Part shown: positions 27,505 through 36,712 of the stretch, one piece after another
How the letters are laid out: each line of letters starts with the position of its first letter
How positions within the stretch are numbered: the stretch's first letter is position 1
DNA from: a virus
DNA length: 64,000 nucleotides
Virus record (IMG/VR): IMGVR_UViG_3300044684_000361
Span: 17,419-81,418 of that record
Reading direction: 5' to 3' (one strand)
Made by a program: the position numbers and the translations under genes
The notes under the pieces: model-generated
What the model saw: only the letters and a program-made list of their open reading frames with translations
What the model was told of the DNA's origin: nothing
Database searches by the model: none

Positions 27505-28833
27505 TTAGAACTGGGTATTACCGAACACCAGATGAGGCGTGAGGTTGGTGGCCTGCGACCAGTTGTACTGCGACGGATTCACCGCGATGTAAACGCGCGT
27601 GGTGCCATTGGCAGCCGCCTGGAGCGCATAGGTGCCTCGAACATCACCCGTGGTTGCCGTGGTGGGCCAGGTCAGGTCTGCCTTGGTGAAGCCCGTATTG
27701 GCACCCACCTGGGCATCTGCTACTGCCACGTTCAGATACGAAAAGGTATCCGTACGGATGTTCAATCCAACTACCCCGTTGGAGGTGGCCTGGGTTCCAA
27801 TGCTCACGTTACCCACCAAGCTGGCCGCGCCCGTAACGGCGGACTTGATGGCCTTGAAGGCCTTCTTGCCCGCCACAGCGGTAGTGCCGTTCAAGGTGAT
27901 GGTCTCGGTCATCGGAATGCCGTAGACGTCCCATCCAGAAACCGTCACGGTCACCGTGGTATCACCCGCGTTGGAGCTGACATAGGACAGCACACGCGAG
28001 ATGCCTTGGCGAGGATCGAACAAGAGCGTCGCGCCATCCACCTGATACGGCCAGTACGCGATGCCCACGGCGGGTCCGTAAGGGTTGGCATTGCCGATAC
28101 CCCCATTGGTCACAGCCGATTGTGCCGCCGCATTGATGTACAGATAGTGGTTGGCGTAATCGATCGCCAGGATCTGAGCGATCAGAGGGGCCGTGCCGCC
28201 CGCATTGCCGGCATTCGCGACAATGATGTACTGCCCGGGGACGAACATGGTCTCCGGCTGCACATGGTTGGTGGTCTGTAGCTGAACGATCTGATTCTTA
28301 TTGACCGTCTGCCCCGCATACTGGTTCGGCACCACCCCGTAACCCGGACCCGTCGTGGTGGAGAGCGTGACCGTCGAGGAGGTGAAGGTCGTTCCCGCAC
28401 ACATTCCAAAGTCCAAAGTGAGACCTGCGGTCACCACGTTGGAGGCTAGTATCTGTGGAGGGGTGAAGTATCGATTGCCGTAGACATCCGTTGTCAACGT
28501 CCAAGGCGCGATAGGAACGTTCGAGACAGCCGACTGTACCGTACCAGTCGCCAGGGTAAGGGACGTACCGGCAGCACCTCCCGCGCCCTGGGCGTTCACG
28601 ATGTTGTTCGTGGCCGAGGCGGTTGGGAAGCCATCAACCGTGCAGATGAAATCACTCGCGTTCAGCGCGTAGAAGCGATTGGGGAAAGCGCCCTGGGCGA
28701 TGACAAAGCGATCATCCACGACAGCCGTGCCGTCATTGAAGGCACTGGGCCCGGACTCGTAGTCACGGTTTTGGATCGGGCTTTGGTTCCCGATCGCGAC
28801 CAGCGGGCCGGGAACTACTGTTGGACCTGCCAT
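27505..28833 (-). CDS. putative capsid-associated structural protein
   Basis: 442 aa immediately after MCP; VSGWDVYGIPMTETI..GKKAFK, TATTGDVRGTY. Confidence 0.65.
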   Translation of the reverse strand: MAGPTVVPGPLVAIGNQSPIQNRDYESGPSAFNDGTAVVDDRFVIAQGAFPNRFYALNASDFICTVDGFPTASATNNIVNAQGAGGAAGTSLTLATGTVQSAVSNVPIAPWTLTTDVYGNRYFTPPQILASNVVTAGLTLDFGMCAGTTFTSSTVTLSTTTGPGYGVVPNQYAGQTVNKNQIVQLQTTNHVQPETMFVPGQYIIVANAGNAGGTAPLIAQILAIDYANHYLYINAAAQSAVTNGGIGNANPYGPAVGIAYWPYQVDGATLLFDPRQGISRVLSYVSSNAGDTTVTVTVSGWDVYGIPMTETITLNGTTAVAGKKAFKAIKSAVTGAASLVGNVSIGTQATSNGVVGLNIRTDTFSYLNVAVADAQVGANTGFTKADLTWPTTATTGDVRGTYALQAAANGTTRVYIAVNPSQYNWSQATNLTPHLVFGNTQF

Positions 28834-28845
28834 TCGGGTCTCCTG

Positions 28846-29775
28846 TTAAAGGCCCGGCGTGCCCCAAAGAGCGCGCGGGTCGGTCCAAGAGTGAGGAGCA
28901 TAGCGCTCGCCCAACTTGTACCGGGCGGAATCGGTCTCGAAGTCGCCCTCCATGGAGCGCTCCACACCACGGCGACGAACCATCTGAAGGCCCATCTTCA
29001 CCGTCTCCTTGCTCGCCAGGATGAACCAGGCAGTGTTGGAGGTGAGACGCGCCAGATTGGCTTGGCCGCCCTTGAGCAGACCCATGGCCGGCACCGGGTT
29101 GATGTCATTCACCATTGCGCCGGTACGCAGGACGCTCTTGAGCAGCACCTCACCCTGCAAGAGGTTCGAGGGGCTCAGGACGAGCTTGTAAGGCTCTACG
29201 CGGATTTTGCGGCCCGTGGAGTCCACCGCCGAGCGCATTTGGATCAGTAGCTGTTCCAAGGAGGTCTGGGACAGGGCCGCTGCCGAGGCCAGCTGGTTGG
29301 AGAATGTCAAACCGCCGTAGATCGGGTGCGCGGTATTGATAAGCGAGACGCCGTCGCCGCCGACATACGCGGAGTTGAAGGCGCGGTTGATCGCGTTCGC
29401 TCCCAGCAGCTCTTGAGTCTCGATCAGGGACTGGGTGGCATGCTCGGCGAAGATCTTGCCGATGCGGATATGATCACCGTCCTCAGCCAGGACTTTGGTG
29501 ATGGCGAAGGCCATGCCATAGACCTTGTAGACGTATCGCTGAATGAACAGCGTACCGCCTTGCTGGTAGACATACGGCTGGCCGTCCGGGACTTCCGGAG
29601 CTGCCGTGAAGCCAAACAGCATCGGCTCCTCGTGATAGGCGCGGGCGGTGCCCTTCACTTCCGTGAAGACCTCCTCCCACTCGTTCTTACGCTGGAGCAT
29701 GACGCCGTCATGGACCTTATTCAGGATCGGCTCGACAACCGCCTTAAGGTCTGAACTCCGAATTGGTGCGGCCAT
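28846..29775 (-). CDS. major capsid protein
   Basis: 309 aa; YHEEPMLFGF, GGDGVSL..TAHP, MEGDFETDSARYK..ERY, DPRALWGTPG; position after portal/scaffold. Confidence 0.85.
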   Translation of the reverse strand: MAAPIRSSDLKAVVEPILNKVHDGVMLQRKNEWEEVFTEVKGTARAYHEEPMLFGFTAAPEVPDGQPYVYQQGGTLFIQRYVYKVYGMAFAITKVLAEDGDHIRIGKIFAEHATQSLIETQELLGANAINRAFNSAYVGGDGVSLINTAHPIYGGLTFSNQLASAAALSQTSLEQLLIQMRSAVDSTGRKIRVEPYKLVLSPSNLLQGEVLLKSVLRTGAMVNDINPVPAMGLLKGGQANLARLTSNTAWFILASKETVKMGLQMVRRRGVERSMEGDFETDSARYKLGERYAPHSWTDPRALWGTPGL

Positions 29776-29790
29776 TTACAGCTACTCCGA

Positions 29791-30570
29791 TTAGATAGCA
29801 ACCATGGATCGGCCAACTTGACTGAAGGCGATCTTGACGTAGAGATCCGGGAAGGCATCCATGACATTGCCTACCGGGCTGGAGAAGTCCGGCGCCTGGA
29901 CCACCATGAGCTGGCCCTGGTTACCCGCCGAGTTGAGCAAGCTGATCGCCAGGCGCTGGGCACTTTGGCCAACGGGGACCGCGTTACCGGCCGGGTTGCC
30001 ACCAACGCCCAGATCCGCTGCGTTCAGGTTGAACTGCAGGCCCGTGAGGGCCGGGAAGTTGGTCGTGGTCAGGCCCGAAATGGTACTGACTGCCGCATCC
30101 GCCTGGATCTGATACACGTTCTCCGGATCGTCCCAGACATAGGCGATCGTGTAGGTCCCAGGGTAGGTTTGCTGGCCCGAAGTCCAGAACTTCGAGTATT
30201 GCCGGCGACCATTGAGATCGGTGTATTCGACGCCTGCGAAGGAGCCCAGGAGCTTGCAGAAGCCGTTACCAGCGGCCGACCCCGAGTTGTTACCACCCGA
30301 GGTCATCTGGGCGGGCAACAGAACCAGCTGGTTAGTGGCCACCGTGGCACCGACTGCGACCGATACGGCAGTGCCCGCAGTGCCCGCAGACTGGAAGGTC
30401 GGAACGGAGACCGTGGTGGAGTTGGCACCACGCGCCAACAGCACAGGGGAGCCGTAATAGATGGCCGGAGTCTGTCCTGAGAGCAGGACGTTCTCATATT
30501 GGTTGGAACGCGCCTGACCGCTCGGGTGCCACCGCGCCAGCAAGCCATAAGGGGTCTGAGTCGATGCCAT
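29791..30570 (-). CDS. putative capsid decoration/minor capsid protein
   Basis: 259 aa, GSFAGVEYTD, YVWDDPENVYQIQAD, directly upstream of MCP. Confidence 0.6.
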   Translation of the reverse strand: MASTQTPYGLLARWHPSGQARSNQYENVLLSGQTPAIYYGSPVLLARGANSTTVSVPTFQSAGTAGTAVSVAVGATVATNQLVLLPAQMTSGGNNSGSAAGNGFCKLLGSFAGVEYTDLNGRRQYSKFWTSGQQTYPGTYTIAYVWDDPENVYQIQADAAVSTISGLTTTNFPALTGLQFNLNAADLGVGGNPAGNAVPVGQSAQRLAISLLNSAGNQGQLMVVQAPDFSSPVGNVMDAFPDLYVKIAFSQVGRSMVAI

Positions 30571-30576
30571 TTGAGG

Positions 30577-31158
30577 TTACTCGAAGGTTGGTTCGCGGCG
30601 CTGCCGCGCGTTGATGAACTCACTCGTACCATCGCCCAGGTAGACAGCTGCCCCGCCTTCGCGGGCTGTCTCTTGGATGTACCGGGCCGTCTCGCGTACG
30701 CGCTCCTCTTGCTCGTAGGGACGCTCGTGGTGCGCGATCTTCATGTATTCCTGATAGAGATCGATCGGGAGCTTGAACAACACCATCTCCTTATGGCCGA
30801 TGCAGCCAGCGAACTGGCCTGAATCGATGGTGATGTGCTGCATTCCCGGCATCTCCTCCGGAGTCACTCGCTCGTATCCCATGGCCTCGCGATGGGCGAT
30901 CGGGTCGTATTGGTTGGTTGTGGATAACCAGCAACAGTGATAGCCCGGGATCTCCGGAGGTTGCGGAAGAACGTTGTTGAACATCTCGGTGCGAAAGCGC
31001 GCAATCATCTCGGCCTTGGAGAGGCCGCGCGCATCGGAATGCGTCTTGCGGGCTTCTGCGGCTTTGGTCTGATCATGACGCTCGTTGGTTCGCCCGAGCC
31101 GCTGGCTCTCGATCAGCCGCTCGCTAGCGTCAGTGGTATCGATGGTGTTCTTGGCCAT
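30577..31158 (-). CDS. conserved head-module protein
   Basis: LPQPPEIPGYHCCWLSTTN..GYERV..EMVLFKLP. Confidence 0.65.
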   Translation of the reverse strand: MAKNTIDTTDASERLIESQRLGRTNERHDQTKAAEARKTHSDARGLSKAEMIARFRTEMFNNVLPQPPEIPGYHCCWLSTTNQYDPIAHREAMGYERVTPEEMPGMQHITIDSGQFAGCIGHKEMVLFKLPIDLYQEYMKIAHHERPYEQEERVRETARYIQETAREGGAAVYLGDGTSEFINARQRREPTFE

Positions 31159-32330
31159 TAGTTGGCTCCATTCGCACGGTTGTGTTGTCGGAAGTACTTG
31201 ATCAGCTCATCGCGCTCTTTCTTGTCAGCCGCATTGAGGTTGTTTCCCCATAGGCCCTCTTCTTTCAGATGGGCCACCTGCGCTGGTAGAAGGTCGTGAT
31301 GAGCACTTCCACTTGCATTCGCTTGCCGGCCGGAGCCAGCCACAGCAGGACCACGGGCAGTACGCTGGGCCTGCGGGGCCTGGCGCTGCGGAGGAGCCTG
31401 TTTGTGTTGCGTTTGCTGAACCGTTTCCACTTCGTCACCATCGCCCAGATCGACATCGTCTTCACCGAACAGGTGCGGGAGGGCGGAACGTCCGCGCCTG
31501 TCGAGTTCTTGCCAATACTCCGGCTCGTTGGGGGTGAACCGGGCTTCGGCCTGCATCGCCAGATCTATCGCGTGATAGACGGCGGTTTCTCGGTTTGCGG
31601 GCGAGCCATCCTGGCGGAATTGGAGCCAGGGCTTGTTTGCCTTGAACTGAGTTGCGAGTTGATTGATCTCAGCCTGCCCAGGAAGAGGGCGTTGCTGTGG
31701 TCGCTGGGGCTGGGATGCCCGGGCATTGATCGCGGCTTGGACGCGACCTTTTTCCGATTCCAGTACCGTCTTGCGTGACAGCGCCTGTTCTCGGATCAAC
31801 CTTGCTTGCCGGAGAGCCTCCTGATCGCCCTGGGTAAGGGCCTGGGTCTCCAGGCTTAGAGCTTGGTCAGCATCATTCTGGTATTCGGCAATGCGTCCGT
31901 CAATAGTCAGAAGTCGAGTTTCGAGTGCAGTTCCCTCGACAGCGGCCAATCGCTGGAGGATTTCGAAGTTCTGCTCCAGAGCAAAATCCCGCTCTTCCCG
32001 GAGACGCCGGGCAGCTCTACGATATTGATCCTGCCGTTGTTTGCGGGTCTTCTTGCCATCATGACGGTGATGTTCGTCCTTTCCTTGGCCCTGGGAGCCC
32101 TCTCCCTCCTCATCCAGATCTGCCTCGCCGCCTTCAGCCAGCCGCGCCTCGTGGACTTTCTTCGTGGCGCCTTCGCCATCTTTGGTGGCGCCTTCGTCCT
32201 CGTGGGAACCTCCACCATCCTCACCTTGGTGTTGAAGGCTCTCGTTGCCCTCTTCACCTAGAGCCTGATCGAATACCAGATCCTCGTCATCGCCAGCCCC
32301 TTCTTGTGGGGCGGCTCGTGCAGTTGCCAT
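31158..32330 (-). CDS. putative scaffolding protein
   Basis: acidic N-terminus, long coiled coil, EYWQELDRR; between portal and MCP. Confidence 0.65.
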   Translation of the reverse strand: MATARAAPQEGAGDDEDLVFDQALGEEGNESLQHQGEDGGGSHEDEGATKDGEGATKKVHEARLAEGGEADLDEEGEGSQGQGKDEHHRHDGKKTRKQRQDQYRRAARRLREERDFALEQNFEILQRLAAVEGTALETRLLTIDGRIAEYQNDADQALSLETQALTQGDQEALRQARLIREQALSRKTVLESEKGRVQAAINARASQPQRPQQRPLPGQAEINQLATQFKANKPWLQFRQDGSPANRETAVYHAIDLAMQAEARFTPNEPEYWQELDRRGRSALPHLFGEDDVDLGDGDEVETVQQTQHKQAPPQRQAPQAQRTARGPAVAGSGRQANASGSAHHDLLPAQVAHLKEEGLWGNNLNAADKKERDELIKYFRQHNRANGAN

Positions 32331-32399
32331 GACTCATTCCCGTGGTTGATAATGTTGCCGCGCGAGCAGCTCATCAAACCCCTGAGATGAGTGAAGCGA

Positions 32400-32434
32400 G
32401 AAAGGCGGCCCATCCCCTGGGTCGCCTTTTCTTT
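32400..32434. terminator. intrinsic terminator-like hairpin (possibly bidirectional)
   Basis: AAAAGGCGGCCCA-TCCCC-TGGGTCGCCTTTT with T tracts on both strands. Confidence 0.6.
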
Positions 32435-32871
32435 TACAAGTAGCTCGTGATGGCGAGCGCCACGTCCGCATCCTCGATCTTGCAGATCTGTTGCAGGTGA
32501 TCGAATACGACGAACACGATCTCTTCCTCCTCGTTGAGCTTCACCGAGAAGCGATTGCCGCCAAAACGCGGGATCTGCAGGAAATCCCCGACCTTGAAAG
32601 AAGGGCCTTCCGGCCACGGGCGTCCATCGGCGAAGTGGAAAGCCATCGGGCTGATAGCCACCACTTTCCCTACCGTGCAGAGCTGCACTTCTGATTCCTT
32701 CGCGGACTGGGTAAGCACAATGCCCCCTTTGGACTTTGACATCGCGCGCCTGACTTGCACGATGTAGTTGTTCAGTAGGGGTACTCGTCCATGACGAATC
32801 TTGGGAAAGGCCTCATCCACACTCCGGTAGTCGTACTCGATCGCATGCGCGAGATTCACACCTGATGGCAT
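32434..32871 (-). CDS. groES: co-chaperonin GroES-like protein
   Basis: PL...IVQ..KSKGGIVL...GKVVAI....KVGDF....FGG; start refined to ATG 32871 with GGAG RBS. Confidence 0.8.
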   Translation of the reverse strand: MPSGVNLAHAIEYDYRSVDEAFPKIRHGRVPLLNNYIVQVRRAMSKSKGGIVLTQSAKESEVQLCTVGKVVAISPMAFHFADGRPWPEGPSFKVGDFLQIPRFGGNRFSVKLNEEEEIVFVVFDHLQQICKIEDADVALAITSYL

Positions 32872-32881
32872 AGCTGCTCCG

Positions 32882-33079
32882 TTATTTGAACTTGTCCGCT
32901 TCCTCGTCGGCCGAGAGGTAGTCGCGGATGATCCCCAGGGCATCGTTCAGCCCCGCGTAGTAACCCTGTACATAGCCGAACATGTAGCCCTCTGACTTGG
33001 AGCCATCGGGTTTCCAGGCGACCGCTTTCAACTTCGACTGCTCGATCGCCTTATGCATGTTCTCAATCAGTTGCCTCAC
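32882..33079 (-). CDS. hypothetical protein
   Basis: 3' part of ORF 32882..33139; YMFGYVQGYYAGL; GTGA overlap with upstream gene. Confidence 0.55.
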   Translation of the reverse strand: MRQLIENMHKAIEQSKLKAVAWKPDGSKSEGYMFGYVQGYYAGLNDALGIIRDYLSADEEADKFK

Positions 33080-33360
33080 TGGAAGAGCTTCTCCAGAGCC
33101 TCTGTTTTGGCTGCCTGACCTTTTTGGTATGGCATCCATTCACAGAAGTACCCGCCAGGACGGGCAGCGTCATCCTGAATGAGCAATACTGAGGTGCGAT
33201 TGGTCGCAACCCCATTTGCGTCAAAAACGGCGAGATTTACGCAGGTGTCGCTCCATACACAGGTGACGATAGCAGCCAGCGGCTGTGTTCCATTACGAAC
33301 GATCGTGTCATCAGCGGATGGTGTGAACCACACCACTCTGCCAACTGTAGGAGAGATCAT
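33076..33360 (-). CDS. conserved phage protein (PTVGRVV family)
   Basis: MISPTVGRVVWF...PLAAIVT.V....VNLAVFDANG. Confidence 0.7.
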   Translation of the reverse strand: MISPTVGRVVWFTPSADDTIVRNGTQPLAAIVTCVWSDTCVNLAVFDANGVATNRTSVLLIQDDAARPGGYFCEWMPYQKGQAAKTEALEKLFQ

Positions 33361-33506
33361 TTCCCCCTCCCCCGCATGTGGGGCCGCATGCTCTTGGGAA
33401 GCGTTGAGCCTTTGGGTTGCGAATACGGTTTACCCGTAGTCGCATACTTGTAGCGTTGCGGAACCTTCTCGGAAGGGACGTTCTTTGCTTTGGGGACATC
33501 AGCCAT
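33357..33506 (-). CDS. small basic protein (not in ORF track)
   Basis: MADVPKAKNVPSEKVPQRYKYATTGK...RGRGK, 49 aa, overlaps portal stop and next start. Confidence 0.55.
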   Translation of the reverse strand: MADVPKAKNVPSEKVPQRYKYATTGKPYSQPKGSTLPKSMRPHMRGRGK

Positions 33507-36312
33507 TGGAATCTCCACTTTGTTTGGCCGCCTTCTGGGCGGAAATCTGTTGCTGCTTCAATTCGTTCTGATCCTTGGCCTGCTGGGCGGAGAGGTCGGC
33601 TTTCTTCTCCTCCATGGCCATGGAGTCCTGATGCTCCTGCTGCCGAGCCTGGTGCTCCATCTGCATCGATTGCTGTTCGTGAGCCATCCTCTGGCCCTCC
33701 ACCTGCATCTCGTTGCTCATCCGTTGACCCTCTAGATGCATATCCGCCTGGAGCTGTTGCTGGGTCTGGATCTGCTTCGCCTGCTCCTTCATCTGAGTGC
33801 GAGCGGTCTCGGCCTGCTCGTGCTCGCGGGCAATCGCCAACTTGGTCTGCTGGTTGCCCTGGCTGTCTTGCTGTTTGACTGTGTTCGCCTGCTGACGATC
33901 GGCATGCTCCTGCTCGGCCTGCTTTGCTTTCTGCTGCACTGAGGCCATCTGGGCATGCGAGGGGTCCATCATCGGCGGGGGAAGCATCGCCTGGAGCGCC
34001 TGCTGGATCTTGCCCATGGTCTGGATAGCTCTTTGCAGGGTTTGGTCCTGCTGGGCGAGCTGCATGACCTGGGTGGATGTCTTGGCGAGCATCTGGTCAT
34101 AGAGTTGGCTCAACTGGGGATCATGCTGGGAGTGTTGCGGCAACTCGCCTATGTCAACCTCACCAGCCTGCGGGTCCATGCTTTTTGCCACCTGGGTCGC
34201 ATGCTCAGAGGCAATCTGATGCACCTTGGTGGCGTACCAGAAGATGACATGCTCTTTGAGATTGCCCATGAGCCCCTGCATGGCCTGGGGGTTGGAGCTG
34301 ACCACGGCTGAGAAGAAGGGGTTCTCGTAGAAGTCGCAATGCGCCTGGATATGGGCTTCGTGATCCTGCTGCGGGAAGGCGACGATCGGGCGGCCGAGGC
34401 AGACCGCCACATTCTCGTTGATGGGGTTCATCTGCTGTGGTTCAGGCTTCTGAACCAGAAGATCCTTACCATCGTTGGGGAGCTTCATCTGCTTGAGAAT
34501 CAGCTCCTCCACCTTGCGCATGTCGTAGATGCCCGCGCCGCCCGGGGTGACAGCGAGCTGTAGCGCGCGTTGAGCAACTGTCTGAATCTGGCCGTAGCGC
34601 TGAACTTCGCAAAAAATGTTTGGGTCGGAGACCGGAATGACATCATTCGGGCCCTCGAAATCCTTCTGCGTGACCAGCTGTTCGCCCAGAAGCTCTGTGA
34701 CGACATGGTCATCCAGCCACGTCTTGTTGATACGGTGAAGGATCTTGAGCAGCCGATCCATGGCGTTGTGCATACGCCCATGAATGGCTGAGAAGGCCAC
34801 CATCCCTTGCTCAATGCGGGCGAGGGTCGTGCCCACGGGCACATCACCATTGGCCTGAGCCTCCTCGATCGTGGTCCGGATCACATCCTCGGCTTGCTCG
34901 CCCAGGAGCCCCAGGAGATTCAGAAGGACCGGGGAAGGCGGCCCGAAGGGCACCGGCATGATGATCTTGCGGATGTCATCCTGATCGCCCGAGCCCTCGA
35001 TCTCGGTGACCTCGGTCGGGCCCACCCGGATGTTCTGGCCAGTCCCTGCGGCGGACTTGATCTTGATCATCCCCGCCAGGTTGTTGATATGAGCACTGTC
35101 CAGCAGTGCCCGCAGGGCCCCCGTGGCGGCGATCGACAGGCCCCCAATAATATGGGGCAGCCCGAGTGCATAAGCGCCACGGAATGGGATAAAAGGGAAT
35201 TCAGCGGCCCAGTCGAGGCGCTCCCGGTAGTTGTCGGATTCTTCCCAGTTACGATAGACGGCCAGCAACTCCTTGGTCGTTACGTCAATCGAGATGAGAT
35301 ACGGCAGCGGACCCACCTCGGTGGCTTCCTCCTCGGCAGTCTCGCCTGACTCATCGGGTCGCACATCCTCCTGCAGGCTTTCAGTGTGGGAGCCCTTTTT
35401 CTTAGAATCGCGAATCTCGAAATAGCAGTCGCACTCGTACACCACGCGCAGGCCATCGGGATTGGAGTTATCACTCTCCTTGCCCTCTACCTTGGAGATA
35501 ACCTGCTGTGTCTCGGTCTCTTCCGGCTGGATCGGGGCCCCCATCTCTTCGATGGCGCGGTACATCCCCGTGCGAATACGCCGCTGGAATTCCTGAGCGG
35601 TCATCTTCTGCACGTGGGTGCGTCGCTCAGCGGTGTAATAGTTGGTCGCGGCGTAAGGGAGAATCATGTCATCCACAGGAATCCACTCGTGGGTGACGTT
35701 GCGGATATCGCCGCCTGCCGGAGGCGGGATCAGCTTCATGTACTCATCCCCATCCATGGGTAGGTTCATGAGCATCTGCTCGCATTCGGAGCGAAAATTC
35801 GGCATCAACTGGGTCAGCTGATAGTTCATCCAGCGGGCCTTGCGGCGCGAACGGTCAAGACGGTCAGTCGTGATCGAACCCGCCATATATTCACGCACGG
35901 GCCCGCCTGGCGGAAACAGCTCTTTGATCGTACGAGCCTCGAAGTCGATCGAGGCTTTGGTATACATGGGGTGCGTGACATGGGAGGCGCCCGAGAAGTT
36001 AGCTCCGCCAATGGTCTCTTTCTCAAGACCCATCCGCTTCTTACCCTCGGCGACCTGCTCATCCCGTCGCTTACGGTCTTGGATGTCCTTCTCAATCAAC
36101 TCCACGAGGGTTGTTGAGATGAGTGCTCGCTCCTCCTCGGTCAGCTCTTTGGCAAGGTTGCGATAGAAGTCTTTCGACTCCTCAGATTCGCCGCTTTTCT
36201 TTTCAACGAGACTCGCGGACCCATCCGGGTTTTCCGTGATCTCATAGTCAGATTCTCCGGTATTGGTCTGATCGACCATGCCAGAGAGTGTTTGATCATT
36301 CTGGTCAGGCAC
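33499..36312 (-). CDS. portal protein
   Basis: 937 aa; GASHVTHP, ELFPPGGPV, MNYQLT, PVGTTLARIEQG, PVSDPNIF; Gln-rich C-terminal coiled coil; follows TerL. Confidence 0.9.
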   Translation of the reverse strand: MPDQNDQTLSGMVDQTNTGESDYEITENPDGSASLVEKKSGESEESKDFYRNLAKELTEEERALISTTLVELIEKDIQDRKRRDEQVAEGKKRMGLEKETIGGANFSGASHVTHPMYTKASIDFEARTIKELFPPGGPVREYMAGSITTDRLDRSRRKARWMNYQLTQLMPNFRSECEQMLMNLPMDGDEYMKLIPPPAGGDIRNVTHEWIPVDDMILPYAATNYYTAERRTHVQKMTAQEFQRRIRTGMYRAIEEMGAPIQPEETETQQVISKVEGKESDNSNPDGLRVVYECDCYFEIRDSKKKGSHTESLQEDVRPDESGETAEEEATEVGPLPYLISIDVTTKELLAVYRNWEESDNYRERLDWAAEFPFIPFRGAYALGLPHIIGGLSIAATGALRALLDSAHINNLAGMIKIKSAAGTGQNIRVGPTEVTEIEGSGDQDDIRKIIMPVPFGPPSPVLLNLLGLLGEQAEDVIRTTIEEAQANGDVPVGTTLARIEQGMVAFSAIHGRMHNAMDRLLKILHRINKTWLDDHVVTELLGEQLVTQKDFEGPNDVIPVSDPNIFCEVQRYGQIQTVAQRALQLAVTPGGAGIYDMRKVEELILKQMKLPNDGKDLLVQKPEPQQMNPINENVAVCLGRPIVAFPQQDHEAHIQAHCDFYENPFFSAVVSSNPQAMQGLMGNLKEHVIFWYATKVHQIASEHATQVAKSMDPQAGEVDIGELPQHSQHDPQLSQLYDQMLAKTSTQVMQLAQQDQTLQRAIQTMGKIQQALQAMLPPPMMDPSHAQMASVQQKAKQAEQEHADRQQANTVKQQDSQGNQQTKLAIAREHEQAETARTQMKEQAKQIQTQQQLQADMHLEGQRMSNEMQVEGQRMAHEQQSMQMEHQARQQEHQDSMAMEEKKADLSAQQAKDQNELKQQQISAQKAAKQSGDSNG

Positions 36313-36712
36313 GCGGGTAGGGCTCCACTTCTGGCTTATAGCCGTTATGCAAACGAAGGTTTTCTTTGGCTCCTACACGCACCCTGACCTTAAAAAGGTG
36401 CTGCCGGCTTTCCATGCAGTACCCATATTCAACTTGGGGCCATGTCCGGATATAGATATCTTGTGGCAGCTGATCGATGGTGGATCGCATAGCCGCAAGA
36501 CAAGCCGACAGGCTTTCTCCGATCCATCCCAGAGTTATGAAATCAATACGGTGAGACTGCCAATCGTCCGGCAAGAAGCCGCCTTTGCCAGGCATAACCT
36601 CTTGTATCACTGCATAGGCAGTAGTAAATCCATCAACACAACGATGAGTCCGATGCATGTATTCCCTCAGCAGCGCCTGAGCGCGGAACACTGCAAAGCC
36701 ATTAATAGGCAT
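36305..36712 (-). CDS. hypothetical protein between TerL and portal
   Basis: ORF overlapping both neighbours; lower GC than flanks. Confidence 0.5.
   Translation of the reverse strand: MPINGFAVFRAQALLREYMHRTHRCVDGFTTAYAVIQEVMPGKGGFLPDDWQSHRIDFITLGWIGESLSACLAAMRSTIDQLPQDIYIRTWPQVEYGYCMESRQHLFKVRVRVGAKENLRLHNGYKPEVEPYPRA

Noticed and set aside
27505-29775. Stop readthrough fusing MCP to the next in-frame gene
   Set aside because: The 12-nt gap has its own AGGAG RBS; in-frame neighbours occur one time in three by chance.
33311-33499. 62-aa ORF from the track
   Set aside because: The alternative frame 33357-33506 has coupled overlaps at both ends and is more plausible.
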